Shown here piece by piece: positions 37,782-47,582 of a stretch of DNA of 50,063 nucleotides. Position 1 is the first letter of the stretch, and every line of letters begins with the position of its first letter. The DNA is from Acidimicrobiales bacterium (GTDB lineage: Bacteria > Actinomycetota > Acidimicrobiia > Acidimicrobiales > JABEUL01), in NCBI GenBank assembly GCA_027371755.1, contig DAHXLF010000002.1:1-50063 (forward strand), given 5' to 3'. A program made the position numbers and the translations under genes. The notes below the pieces were generated by a model. That model did not search any database and was not told the origin of the DNA. It worked only from the letters and a program-made list of their open reading frames with translations.

Positions 37782-38611
37782 CCGATCAGCAAGTAGAATC
37801 AACGGTAGTAAAAGCGTATTCCAAGTTAACTTTGTCCTTGAGAGTTTTTCGTTCATATCAAAGTGGAAATTTCGAAAATTACCATCCAATTGAAGCCGTA
37901 ATGACATCTTTGGACTTGGCCGACACTCTTAAGATCAGCGAAGGAGACGGCATAACCGTTGAAGGTAGGTATTCGGCAGGAGTCCCCGAAGATAATCTAG
38001 TTTCGAAGACTTTAGATTTACTTGGAATTCGTCGAGCTGTCGTTCTGACTAAAAACATACCGTCAGGAGGAGGACTTGGGGGTGGATCGACAGATGCAGC
38101 AGCTTTAATTAGATGGGCTCTAAATTCTCAAGACAAAAATATTCGCGAACCAGCGAGGCTTCTAATAAACGATATGGGTAAAGTAGCTTTAGATCTTGGA
38201 GCGGACGTGCCATTTTGTATAAATGGTGGTCTTTCGGAGGTGGCAGGGGTTGGTGAAATACTAAAACCCATACCTTTCGTCCCAAGAGAATTCTACCTAT
38301 TTCTTATGCCTTTTGGAATATCCACCAAATCCGTATTTGAAAAGTTTGATCAACTTGGGGATGTGGATTCAACTGAGTCTCCCAATAATCTTATGAGTGT
38401 TGCTCAGATCGTTGAACCCAGACTTAAGCTTGCTATCGACTTAATTAATAAGAGATTTGGTATTATTCCGAAATTAGCTGGAAGCGGTTCAACCTTGTTT
38501 TATGAAATAGGAGATGAACGCGAGTCAGGGATTTTAGAAACAAGTCTTGAAGCCGATTTCGGGTTGATAAATATTGTTAAATCTTGTTCCGTTCGGCCTG
38601 CACATATCTAA
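37778..38611 (+). CDS. ispE: 4-diphosphocytidyl-2-C-methyl-D-erythritol kinase
   Basis: KNIPSGGGLGGGSTDAAA (GHMP motif). ATGA overlap with the rsmA stop. Confidence 0.9.
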   Translation: MTDQQVESTVVKAYSKLTLSLRVFRSYQSGNFENYHPIEAVMTSLDLADTLKISEGDGITVEGRYSAGVPEDNLVSKTLDLLGIRRAVVLTKNIPSGGGLGGGSTDAAALIRWALNSQDKNIREPARLLINDMGKVALDLGADVPFCINGGLSEVAGVGEILKPIPFVPREFYLFLMPFGISTKSVFEKFDQLGDVDSTESPNNLMSVAQIVEPRLKLAIDLINKRFGIIPKLAGSGSTLFYEIGDERESGILETSLEADFGLINIVKSCSVRPAHI

Positions 38612-38806
38612 TCTGAGCAAATTTAGCCTGAGAAAATTTATACTTGATGAGCAAGTTCGGTCCGGGCAAATACGGTTGGGTATATGCAAATAATTAAATA
38701 ATCGCTATTTGCAAGTACCGTTTAATTTAGTAACCTTACCTACAAAGGCTATGCTATGCGAATACTACATGATTTCTGGCAGTGGTTCAGGAGTGTTGAA
38801 TTTCAA

Positions 38807-38838
38807 CCGCATTAAAACTTGACCGCATTAAAACTTGA
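38807..38838. repeat. perfect 16-bp tandem duplication (CCGCATTAAAACTTGA x2)
   Basis: 38807-38822 equals 38823-38838. Intergenic, between ispE and the bS22 gene. Confidence 0.95.
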
Positions 38839-39057
38839 ACTGTAGGTTATTGCCGTCGATCAATACTATTGTGAAAAAGTTTATGGCGATTGACGAAAGC
38901 TTTTCAGAAATCGATCTGCATTATTGAAATGCTTGAATTTGGGGATGATTATAAATGCTAACTAGAATGCAGCATAAGCTTCATTTAGATAGCAGTTATA
39001 ATTTAAAAGAAGTAATAAGAGAAAACGGTAGTCGTTTTGACTCTGCGGCAAGTTAAA

Positions 39058-39159
39058 TTACTTGCCGGCCGCTCGTCTTTTCCAACGAGTCGCCTTTAAC
39101 ATCTTCTTATGCTTTTTTTTGCGCATTCTCTTGCGACGTTTTTTAATTAATGATCCCAT
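39058..39159 (-). CDS. 30S ribosomal protein bS22 (33 aa; too short for the ORF track)
   Basis: Hand translation of the minus strand gives MGSLIKKRRKRMRKKKHKKMLKATRWKRRAAGK*. This is the same length as, and a close match to, the actinobacterial bS22 pattern MGSVIKKRRKRM.KKKH+KLL..TR.QRR. Confidence 0.8.
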   Translation of the reverse strand: MGSLIKKRRKRMRKKKHKKMLKATRWKRRAAGK

Positions 39160-39361
39160 GTCAGATATCTAGGTTAGTATGTTTTTTGGTTGTTGTTTAC
39201 AAAAATCGTAGCGCACCCTCTTTGAGTTAAAAAAATTATATTATTGAATGAATAAAAATATTGAACTTGAATTTAAATAATGGCGTAATAAAGTTTGTTT
39301 GATTTGCTTAAGATAAAAGTCAACTAAAATTGAACAGGTCGAAAATTTGTTCTATACCTAT

Positions 39362-39433
39362 TGGCGGGTAGTTCAATGGTAGAATGCTTGATTTTGGTTC
39401 AAGAGGTTGAAGGTTCGAGCCCTTCCCCGCCAG
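39362..39433 (+). tRNA. tRNA-Gln (anticodon UUG)
   Basis: Manual cloverleaf: acceptor TGGCGGG/CCCGCCA (U1-A72), D arm GTTC-AATGGTA-GAAT, anticodon arm CTTGA-TTTTGGT-TCAAG (TTG), variable AGGTT, T arm GAAGG-TTCGAGC-CCTTC, discriminator G. CCA is not encoded. Confidence 0.9.
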
Positions 39434-39680
39434 CAATTTAATGTGGATTGGTATGGTAGATAGAGCAACAGGCCGTGTCTGCACGTGATTGTAGGTATCA
39501 TATATGGAATTGACTTTGAACTGTTCGGGTCGGTGCCTGTGGAGCTTGGCTCTAATCCGCTTACTTTCAATTGAGATCATTTGATTTCAGTTGGGCGGTT
39601 TTGGTTATTTTAATGCCGACTTATTTTCATTGACTTTCAAAACGGTAATTCGACCTTTTGTTTTATGTAACTATAGTATT

Positions 39681-40193
39681 ATGACTATTTTTGAAAGACC
39701 TTTTGGAAGATATTTCGAAGACTTTAACGTTGGAGACATTTATAAGCATTGGCCCGGTAAAACAATTACTGAATTTGACGATCATTTGTTTTGCATGATG
39801 ACCATGAACCATCACCCTCTTCATACCAATGAATGGTTCGCAGAACACGAATCGGTCCAAGGGAAAAATGTAGTAGTCGGAAATTTAGTTTATTCATTGG
39901 TATTAGGAATGAGTGTTCCCGATGTATCCGGTGCGGCAATAGCAAATTTGGAAATTGAGACTTTACAGCACAAATATCCTACATTTCATGGGGATACTAT
40001 TTATGCCGAAACCCGAGTTCTTGAAAAGGTTGAATCAAAGTCTAAGAATGACCGTGGCATTGTTACGGTAGAGACTAAGGGGTTCAATCAGGAAGGCAAG
40101 GAAGTTTGCTATTTCCGACGTAAAGTTATGGTTTGGAAGGCCGAATTTGCTCCCCAAAGAAAGCGGCCGTATAGTGATGGAGCTTGGGAATAA
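39681..40193 (+). CDS. MaoC-family (hot-dog fold) dehydratase
   Basis: FEDFNVGDIY...ITEFDDHLFCMMTMNHHPLHTNEWFA. I prefer the ATG at 39681 (MTIFERPFGRYFEDF) over the upstream TTG-type extension at 39591. Confidence 0.8.
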   Translation: MTIFERPFGRYFEDFNVGDIYKHWPGKTITEFDDHLFCMMTMNHHPLHTNEWFAEHESVQGKNVVVGNLVYSLVLGMSVPDVSGAAIANLEIETLQHKYPTFHGDTIYAETRVLEKVESKSKNDRGIVTVETKGFNQEGKEVCYFRRKVMVWKAEFAPQRKRPYSDGAWE

Positions 40194-40197
40194 AAAG

Positions 40198-41121
40198 CTA
40201 TTCATCTAGAAATTTAAGTGTCTCGGCCAAAATTTCGTTTGGTTTGTCGATCTGAAGAAAATGTCCCGCGTTTTCAATTAATTTGAATTTGGACTGTTCG
40301 TTTAAATATTTTGTTGCTAAGGTGCCAACTTCTTGGCCGATGCATCCATCATTTGAACCGTGCATGTATAGCGTAGGTAGCGATACCGGATTTTGAAATG
40401 CAACTAGGGCGTTTACAATGCGGACATCGTCATGTTGAGACAGATCGAAAAGGCTACGATAGTAGCTTAAGGCTGCCGTAATGTTGTCCGGCGATTCAAA
40501 GCAAGCTTTGGACAGTCGGCTAAATGGTTTGTAATCGGTGTTGGAGTTTAATGACCAATCCTCCCACAGTTGGTCAATAAATGCAAAATCGTTCATTGGT
40601 AAAACAGCTTCAGCCAAAAAAGTTTGATTAAAAAAGATATACCAACTCTTTTTTAATTGTTCAATGGTCAGGAACCCTTCGAATACTGCTCCAAACGGTG
40701 GTACCGACATCGTTATTATTTTGGAAAAAAGATCGGGGTGTAGATTGGCAGCGCAGTATGCTCCCATGGCACCAAAGTCATGTCCGATAATTATAGAGTC
40801 ATTTTTGACAGAGTTGTCTAGGGCAATTTGAAGTATGTCCAAACCTATGGTACCTATATTGTAAGGAGGAGCTGCTTGTGACGGCCAGTACCCTCTTAGC
40901 CAAGGGCATATTACCTTGTATCCCGAATTAGTTAAACCGTTAATTATCGGCTTCCAATTTTCTGGAGTATCGGGGAAGCCGTGTACTATAATTGCAAGTT
41001 GAGAATTTTCTTCTCCTTGGCAAATGGCTTCAAGAGTGCAGTTGTAACCGTTTACTTTCAAAATATACCTTTCACTCGGGTAAATTGTTTGTTGAACTAA
41101 ATAGATTGATTTAAAATCCAA
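40198..41121 (-). CDS. alpha/beta-fold hydrolase (epoxide hydrolase/dehalogenase-like)
   Basis: VHGFPDT and the nucleophile elbow IIGHDFGA (Asp nucleophile type), with a C-terminal GHF. Confidence 0.75.
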   Translation of the reverse strand: MDFKSIYLVQQTIYPSERYILKVNGYNCTLEAICQGEENSQLAIIVHGFPDTPENWKPIINGLTNSGYKVICPWLRGYWPSQAAPPYNIGTIGLDILQIALDNSVKNDSIIIGHDFGAMGAYCAANLHPDLFSKIITMSVPPFGAVFEGFLTIEQLKKSWYIFFNQTFLAEAVLPMNDFAFIDQLWEDWSLNSNTDYKPFSRLSKACFESPDNITAALSYYRSLFDLSQHDDVRIVNALVAFQNPVSLPTLYMHGSNDGCIGQEVGTLATKYLNEQSKFKLIENAGHFLQIDKPNEILAETLKFLDE

Positions 41122-41476
41122 TCGACCGCTTGTCGTTGAGAACCGTTTGTCGCTGAATTTTTAAAGTTTAATTTTTAAATTATCTTAACTTATATGCACG
41201 GAATTTATCCAACATTACTACTGTAAACCGGCTATGAAGCAATTTGCAGCTTTGAATTGATTAACGCAGGTGGCACCTGGATCGATGATCTTATTCGCAA
41301 AGCATCTTAAATATTTAAGTAATTTCGTACAATTTTTTGAAATGAAAATTTGTTTATTGAACATTGGTCCTAAAAAATCTATAAACTGTTATATGGCAGA
41401 AAATAACGCTAAGAGTGACTGACATAATACTCTGTAAAGAATAACGTATAAAGTTATTAATTAGGAAAATCAAATA

Positions 41477-42382
41477 ATGAAAGTTACCTTTTTTGGAGTA
41501 AGGGGATCGTGCCCTGTTAGCGGACCCGCATTTACACGCTATGGCGGTAATACCGCTTGTGTTTTGGTGGAACCTCACGGATTTGAAACAAAGATTATTT
41601 TAGATCTGGGAACGGGTCTGCATCCGCTTGGTGATCATCTAGACGGACTGGACTGGCAACTAAACGGACAACGAAACCTTAAACCGTTAACTGCCAAAGT
41701 TCTGGTAACCCATCTTCACTGGGATCATATTCAGGGTCTGCCATTTTTTCCTCAGGCCAACAGAGAAGGCTCGAGGTTGGAGATTTACGGCCCGCTTCAG
41801 GAAGACAATTCTCTTGTTCGCATCTACCATAGATTTATGTCACCACCATTTTTCCCAGTCGGGGTTTGGGATCTCAAGGCTTCCATAAGCCTGCACGGAC
41901 TCTCGGGAAATGAGACATTAACCGAAAATGGGGTGACGATTAAAGTGGGGGTCATACCTCATCAAGGCGGACTGACGCTTGGATACAGACTTGAGTCCGA
42001 TACAAGAAGCGTCGTCTACATATCTGATCACCAAGCTCCTTTGAATTGGGAAACCGGTTATGTTCCTGAATCAGTTCTCGAACTATGCAAAGATTGTGAC
42101 TTGCTGATCCACGATGCGCAATATAGCGTCGATGAGTTTAATCAAAAAATTGACTGGGGTCATTGTACCTATGATTATGCTCTAACTGTGGCAAAAGCAA
42201 GCAATGCAAAGTCGTTGGCATTGTTTCATCACGACCCTTATCATTCTGACGATCAAATTGACCAAATACTCGCTTCGGTGCTTGAAAAAAATGACGGGAA
42301 ATTGGAAAGAATTTATGCCGCTTCCGAAGGAATGTCAATTGATCTTAATCAGCACTCATCTATTCTAAGTACTTCGTTCTAG
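41477..42382 (+). CDS. MBL-fold metallo-hydrolase
   Basis: VTHLHWDHIQGLPFF (HxHxDH motif) and the later HHDP. Confidence 0.8.
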   Translation: MKVTFFGVRGSCPVSGPAFTRYGGNTACVLVEPHGFETKIILDLGTGLHPLGDHLDGLDWQLNGQRNLKPLTAKVLVTHLHWDHIQGLPFFPQANREGSRLEIYGPLQEDNSLVRIYHRFMSPPFFPVGVWDLKASISLHGLSGNETLTENGVTIKVGVIPHQGGLTLGYRLESDTRSVVYISDHQAPLNWETGYVPESVLELCKDCDLLIHDAQYSVDEFNQKIDWGHCTYDYALTVAKASNAKSLALFHHDPYHSDDQIDQILASVLEKNDGKLERIYAASEGMSIDLNQHSSILSTSF

Positions 42383-42403
42383 GCCGACAACAATTTAAAT
42401 TCA

Positions 42404-42871
42404 GTGATTTCACCAGATAAATTTAAAGAGGTGGTAAGTCATTTTGCCACCGGAGTTACCATTGTCACGGGTACGCACGACGATAAACCCTATGGATTTA
42501 CGTGCCAAACCTTTTTATCGTTGTCGGTGGACCCCGCTTTAATTGCGATAGCAGTTTCTCTTAAATCAACCTCATGGCCCAGTATCTATACTTCAGGAAA
42601 ATTTGCCGTCAATGTTCTTAATCAAGATCAAGGTGAACTTGCAAACACGTTTGCTATTAGCGGAATTGACAAGTTTATAGGGGTCTCATTTGATATCGGT
42701 ATCACGGGAAGCCCACTACTATTAGGATGCTTAGGATACATAGAAGCAGAAATTGAAAGAGAGATTGAAGCTGGAGATCACTATATAGTCATCGGTAAAG
42801 TCTTGGATCTATTTAGGGCTCCAGGGGAGCCTTTGCTATATTTCAAGACAAAATTTGGTAAATTTATTTAG
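42404..42871 (+). CDS. flavin reductase family protein
   Basis: FKEVVSHFATGVTIVTG...GFTCQTFLSLSVDPALIAI matches the FMN-binding split-barrel pattern. GTG start. Confidence 0.8.
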   Translation: MISPDKFKEVVSHFATGVTIVTGTHDDKPYGFTCQTFLSLSVDPALIAIAVSLKSTSWPSIYTSGKFAVNVLNQDQGELANTFAISGIDKFIGVSFDIGITGSPLLLGCLGYIEAEIEREIEAGDHYIVIGKVLDLFRAPGEPLLYFKTKFGKFI

Positions 42872-42902
42872 GCCATTAATTAAGGTATGTTTAGGAGGAC
42901 AA

Positions 42903-43454
42903 GTGGTTGCAATATTGGCAGTTGAAGAGATAGCGGATGTTTTGTTGGTAGAACCCGATAGCCACGGAGATTCTCGCGGTAGGTTTGTGGAAACCTATAG
43001 GAGAAGTTGGTTCCCCTTGGGTCGGGAGATGGTGCAAGGAAATCGGTCTGAAAAGGAACAGGGTGCCATTGTTGGTCTTCACTATCATATGCATCAAGCA
43101 GACTACTGGTATCCATTGAGGGGTAAGTTGAGAGTAGTACTGGTAGACTTAAGAGTCGGTTCGCCAACCCAAAAAAATGTCTTTACGGTTGATCTAAACG
43201 GCGACCAAGACCGGGGAGTTTTTATTCCCCCTGGGGTTGCACATGGTTTTTCGACATTGACGGACGTATTGTTAACTTATATGGTCGACGGTTACTATAA
43301 CCAAAATGATGAAAATGGAGTTGCATTTAATGACCCAGAACTTAACATAGATTGGGGAATACAAGATCCGATAGTTTCAAACCGGGATATGAATAATCCG
43401 CATTATAAGGATATTCCCAGTCATTTGGTACCGCATTTCCCGATGAGGACGTAA
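42903..43454 (+). CDS. rmlC: dTDP-4-dehydrorhamnose 3,5-epimerase family protein
   Basis: DSRGRFVETY, GLHYH, VVLVDLRVGSPT, and IPPGVAHGF. I prefer the GTG at 42903 because AGGAGG lies at 42893-42898. The ORF-track start at 42855 would overlap the previous gene. Confidence 0.85.
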   Translation: MVAILAVEEIADVLLVEPDSHGDSRGRFVETYRRSWFPLGREMVQGNRSEKEQGAIVGLHYHMHQADYWYPLRGKLRVVLVDLRVGSPTQKNVFTVDLNGDQDRGVFIPPGVAHGFSTLTDVLLTYMVDGYYNQNDENGVAFNDPELNIDWGIQDPIVSNRDMNNPHYKDIPSHLVPHFPMRT

Positions 43455-43496
43455 GATAGGTGAAACAATCTATTTAACAAAAAAGGATGTATTTGG

Positions 43497-44306
43497 ATGC
43501 TTTTGGTAGCAATAATTTTGCTCATGATTGCAGTGGTGATTGTAATCTGGAGATTTGCCTTCGGATCGGATTCCACGTCGGGTCATATCAAGTCTCATTC
43601 CAAGCGTATCGAAGGTATTAAAAGGGTTACCGATGGAACCCGCACGGGTCTAGTTCAAAACAAGATTAAACAGACAGGATCATCCGAAAGAGATCGTGGA
43701 TCCACTGATGCCGATAACGACGAATATGACGACAACTATTACGGCGGACCAAACACGTATGTTCAAAAAGCAGTGAAATTGGATGATTCGCCTTCCGCAG
43801 GATATTACAATTCTTTTGGTCTACCCCCAATTATTACTGTAGCAACCGGTCTTGCTGCGGTAATTATCGTAGTGGCTTTGGTGGCTGCTTTTATATTACT
43901 AGTGTCACCTTCTTCAGGCTCCAAAAGCACAAACTCACTAGTGCCTTCTACGACCGTCCCTAAATCCAAGACAACTACGTCTACTCCACCTACGACCACA
44001 ACACTTGCTTCAATTCAACCCTCTTCGGTTTCGTCATCTGCGGTGGTTTACAGTGCGCCTCAAGGTAAATATAAATTAAATATAACCGTGACCAAAGCCA
44101 GTTGGGTCGAAGTTACAGAGAATCCGAACAGCTCTAATTCATCCAATGTGGTTGGACAAACAATGGCCGCAGGCTCGAGTCAAAGTGTTACCGTTACGGG
44201 TCCGATAAATCTAATTTTAGGTAATACTGGTGCCAGCGTAACGGTAAATGGGATTCCCATGTCATTCCCTCAGGGAAGTTCGTATGGTACTTTTGAGTTT
44301 CGTTGA
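43497..44306 (+). CDS. membrane protein with a RodZ-like C-terminal (DUF4115-type) domain
   Basis: N-terminal TM, a second TM (VATGLAAVIIVVALVAAFILLV), a Ser/Thr/Pro linker, then YKLNITVTKASWVEVT...GQTMAAGSSQSVTVTGPINLILGNTGASVTVNG. No HTH domain is visible. Confidence 0.6.
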   Translation: MLLVAIILLMIAVVIVIWRFAFGSDSTSGHIKSHSKRIEGIKRVTDGTRTGLVQNKIKQTGSSERDRGSTDADNDEYDDNYYGGPNTYVQKAVKLDDSPSAGYYNSFGLPPIITVATGLAAVIIVVALVAAFILLVSPSSGSKSTNSLVPSTTVPKSKTTTSTPPTTTTLASIQPSSVSSSAVVYSAPQGKYKLNITVTKASWVEVTENPNSSNSSNVVGQTMAAGSSQSVTVTGPINLILGNTGASVTVNGIPMSFPQGSSYGTFEFR

Positions 44307-44471
44307 TGCCCTTTTAAAATTGCTATTGATTGAATTGTGCCTTTAGTCCACATAAATCCATCGTTCAATAGTTGAGATAGCCTACTATAACAGGATTTTT
44401 ATTAAAGGTAACCTGTATAGAGATATTCAATGTCGGCAGGCAAGAATTGTCACCCGCCTAGTCGATTTATA

Positions 44472-46553
44472 TTACCGTAGGTCTTTTCTTTCAGATAAGG
44501 ACGTAAGCAAAAAAGCCAGCACTTCGGCTTCTTCCTCGTATTCGTTATAGCGACCGGACGGACCTTGGTGGCCGGCCCCCAACTCAACCTTTAATAAAAC
44601 TTGACTTCTTGGATTCAAATATCTGAGTTTTTGAACCCATTTTGCGGGTTCAAAATACCCCACCCTTGGATCGTTTAATCCGGCAGTGGCAAGAATCTTG
44701 GGATAATCCACATCCTCTTTGATATTGTCATAAGGTGAGTAGTTTTTTATGTAGAAATAATCCTCACTGTTTTCCAACGGATTCCCCCATTCATCCCACT
44801 CCGTCACGGTTAAGGGTAGATCCGGGTCTGACATTGTAGTTAAGGTATCTACAAAAGGTACTTCGGCAATTGCCGCTTTAAAAAGTTCGCCGGCCATGTT
44901 GATTACCGCACCTACTGTTAAACCGCCGGCCGAACCTCCTCGTAGAGCTAATCTGGTTGCAGAAGTAAGGTCTTTGTCAATAAGGTCTGAGGCAACGGCA
45001 ATAACGTCATAAAAGGTATTCATCTTATTGTTTCTCTTACCGTTTTCATACCATAGTCTTCCATTCTCTCCACCCCCTCTTGCATGAGCGACGGCAAATA
45101 TATATCCTCTGTTTAGGAGTGAAAGCCTTGACGGAGAGAACCATGGATCCAAAGAAATCTCATATGCACCGTATGCGTAGAGCAGGCAAGGTCTATCGGC
45201 GGTGTCGCTACCGAGTTTATATATTATTGTATAGGGTATCTCGGTTCCGTCTTTAGAAACGGCAAAATACCTATTTGTAGCGTAGTCTTCAGGATTAAAG
45301 TTATTGAACGGTCGCTGCCACAACAACTTGGTGGATTTATCAATAAGATTTAGTTCATAAATCGCCTCGGGATATTTTAAGGATTGTTCGGAGTATCGTA
45401 AGGTTACGGCATCTATATCGGGATTAACGTTTAAATACACCGTTGAAAACTCTTTAGATCCCTTGAATTCATGCCTTTGTTGAGTGGATAAATCAATTAT
45501 CTCAAAATAGGTATCAGCGTTTGATCTTTTTGAAATCACCAGATGATCTTTGAAGGTCTCCAAAGATTCTACTCTGACATTTTCTTGATGTTCGGTAAGT
45601 TCTACCCAAGAATTCATTCCGGTTGAATCCTCCCCACAGGACATCACCTTGAAATTTACGGCATTTAAATTTGTAACAATATAGAAACGATTGCCTAGGT
45701 GTTCAACGTGATATTCGTGTCCGTTAACTTTATCTGTAAAGCGATAAATTTCAGTGAAACCGATGTCTGAATTTATAAGGTGAACATCGGAGGTAATTTT
45801 AGAGTTAGAACTTATTATGATATATCTGTCATCTTTAGTGGAGGAGATATCTACGAAATATGCATCATCTTGCTCTTCGTATATAAGTAAATCATTTTGC
45901 TGATCTTGTCCTATCGTATGGCACCATACTTGGAAAGGTCGCATCTCTTCATCCAGTTTCAGATAATAAATATGTTTATTATCTTTGTGCCACACGAGAG
46001 TTGAATAGATATTTAATAGTTGATCGATTTCATTGTCATTTTTTAAATCGATTATCTTTGCGTTATAAGTTTCCGATCCGTCCGTATCATAAGAGTACGC
46101 CATGGTATTTGAATCTATACTTATTTGAAGATCACCTAAGTTGAAGAACTCGTAATCTTTTGAAATCTTGTTTACATCCAACAACTCAATTTCATCAACG
46201 TCCATACCTTCGCCAGGAGTGGGAATTCGCATGGAAATATCGCCAATAAAGGGTTTTCTGGTATAGATAGGGTACTGAAGGTTTTTTTCGTATCGGACTA
46301 GATAAACCCAATCTTTGATTTTGACGGGAACGGTCCTGACATCTTCTACGATCGTAGAAACAATTTCGCCATAGATTGTTTCTATTAAAGGTTTGTAGGA
46401 TTCAATATTTTCCGCATAGTATTCATTTTCGGAATTGAGTAACTTTAATACTCTTTCGTCTTGCCGGTTTGCCAACCAATAGTAATCGTCAATTCGAGTA
46501 TCGGAAAATGCGGTCAGTTCTTTTTTTATGCGTTCGGCTTTAGGGGCTTCCAT
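44472..46553 (-). CDS. ptrB: oligopeptidase B (S9A prolyl-oligopeptidase family)
   Basis: DDYYWL N-terminus, GGSAGGL nucleophile elbow, and C-terminal GAGH. Confidence 0.9.
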   Translation of the reverse strand: MEAPKAERIKKELTAFSDTRIDDYYWLANRQDERVLKLLNSENEYYAENIESYKPLIETIYGEIVSTIVEDVRTVPVKIKDWVYLVRYEKNLQYPIYTRKPFIGDISMRIPTPGEGMDVDEIELLDVNKISKDYEFFNLGDLQISIDSNTMAYSYDTDGSETYNAKIIDLKNDNEIDQLLNIYSTLVWHKDNKHIYYLKLDEEMRPFQVWCHTIGQDQQNDLLIYEEQDDAYFVDISSTKDDRYIIISSNSKITSDVHLINSDIGFTEIYRFTDKVNGHEYHVEHLGNRFYIVTNLNAVNFKVMSCGEDSTGMNSWVELTEHQENVRVESLETFKDHLVISKRSNADTYFEIIDLSTQQRHEFKGSKEFSTVYLNVNPDIDAVTLRYSEQSLKYPEAIYELNLIDKSTKLLWQRPFNNFNPEDYATNRYFAVSKDGTEIPYTIIYKLGSDTADRPCLLYAYGAYEISLDPWFSPSRLSLLNRGYIFAVAHARGGGENGRLWYENGKRNNKMNTFYDVIAVASDLIDKDLTSATRLALRGGSAGGLTVGAVINMAGELFKAAIAEVPFVDTLTTMSDPDLPLTVTEWDEWGNPLENSEDYFYIKNYSPYDNIKEDVDYPKILATAGLNDPRVGYFEPAKWVQKLRYLNPRSQVLLKVELGAGHQGPSGRYNEYEEEAEVLAFLLTSLSERKDLR

Positions 46554-46634
46554 GAAATAAAACGACGAGGATTTACAGTCTCAAATCAACTTTATATGTA
46601 TAGAACTCATTTAATTAAAGTCATTATCAAAATT

Positions 46635-47582
46635 TTAAGGATTTTCTTGTGACTCCGAATCAGAGCTGTCAGATATTGATGTGCCTTCGGCTGAAATTAG
46701 TTTTTGTGCAATCTTTGAAATCTTTTCCGTAAATTTAATAATGTTTTCCTGAGCTGCTTTTGCGGCATCGGTTAAATTCGAAAGCTTGTCAATCTTCCAA
46801 TGGCCATAGACCAGCGGTTTTACTATATTTTCGCTGTGGATTGCAAAATTATAAATTCCTGCTTTTGCAATCTTTCTGGAATGTTTGACAAAGTCTTTTA
46901 TGCCTGTTCCCGGCATTTTAAAGTTTGTAATTTGCCTGTTAATTGCTTCGACGGTGGCGGAGGGATTTTCTTCTAAGGTTGCAGTTGCCATGTCTCTATA
47001 GAACAGGTAATGGAGGTTTTCGTCGATGGCCACACGTCTCATGAGAGCCTGTCCATTTTTGTCTGGAAGTTTCTTGCCGGTATTGTGATGACTAATTCTG
47101 GTTGCCAATTCCTGCATCGCCAGATAGGCAAATCCGTCACGAATACCTTGGGGATGCGGTGTTTCACCGCCTTCAACCTGGAACATTCTGGCTCTTTCGA
47201 GTTCTTTGGGATCAATTAGTCCCTTTACGGTAATGTAGTCTCTGATTACTATTGAATGTCTGCCTTCTTCTGCAGTCCACCTTCTGGTCCAGTATCGCCA
47301 AGTATCATTTGTGCCGAACATTCTGTTGACGTCGTTATAGTAATAGGGCAGGTTGTCCTCGGTTAGTAAGTTTACATATAATGCAGATTTAGTTCCCTCG
47401 TCAATATAGTCAGATTCTGGACAGTTACCGTTTTCGTCCAGATTTGCGGCTTCCTCCCACGGTATAAATTCGTGAGGAAACCATTCCTTTTGAACACCAA
47501 AGTGTCGATTGATTAATCTTTCAGCTTCTGGAATTAATTCTTCCAGGAGTTGTTCGTCAGTTTTAGAAGTAAGTGTGGCCAT
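46635..47582 (-). CDS. soluble acyl-ACP desaturase (di-iron)
   Basis: WTAEEGRHS and DENLHYLFY (two E-x-x-H di-iron motifs). The size and pattern match actinobacterial DesA-type enzymes. Confidence 0.9.
   Translation of the reverse strand: MATLTSKTDEQLLEELIPEAERLINRHFGVQKEWFPHEFIPWEEAANLDENGNCPESDYIDEGTKSALYVNLLTEDNLPYYYNDVNRMFGTNDTWRYWTRRWTAEEGRHSIVIRDYITVKGLIDPKELERARMFQVEGGETPHPQGIRDGFAYLAMQELATRISHHNTGKKLPDKNGQALMRRVAIDENLHYLFYRDMATATLEENPSATVEAINRQITNFKMPGTGIKDFVKHSRKIAKAGIYNFAIHSENIVKPLVYGHWKIDKLSNLTDAAKAAQENIIKFTEKISKIAQKLISAEGTSISDSSDSESQENP

Noticed and set aside
39434-39680. Possible integrated element or second tRNA downstream of tRNA-Gln, plus the minus-strand ORFs 39320-39580 and 39373-39570 and the N-terminal extension 39591-39680 of the MaoC ORF.
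   Set aside because: I found no integrase, no repeat of the tRNA 3' end, and no second cloverleaf. The minus-strand ORFs run across the tRNA gene. The extension precedes a canonical ATG that matches the family N-terminus.
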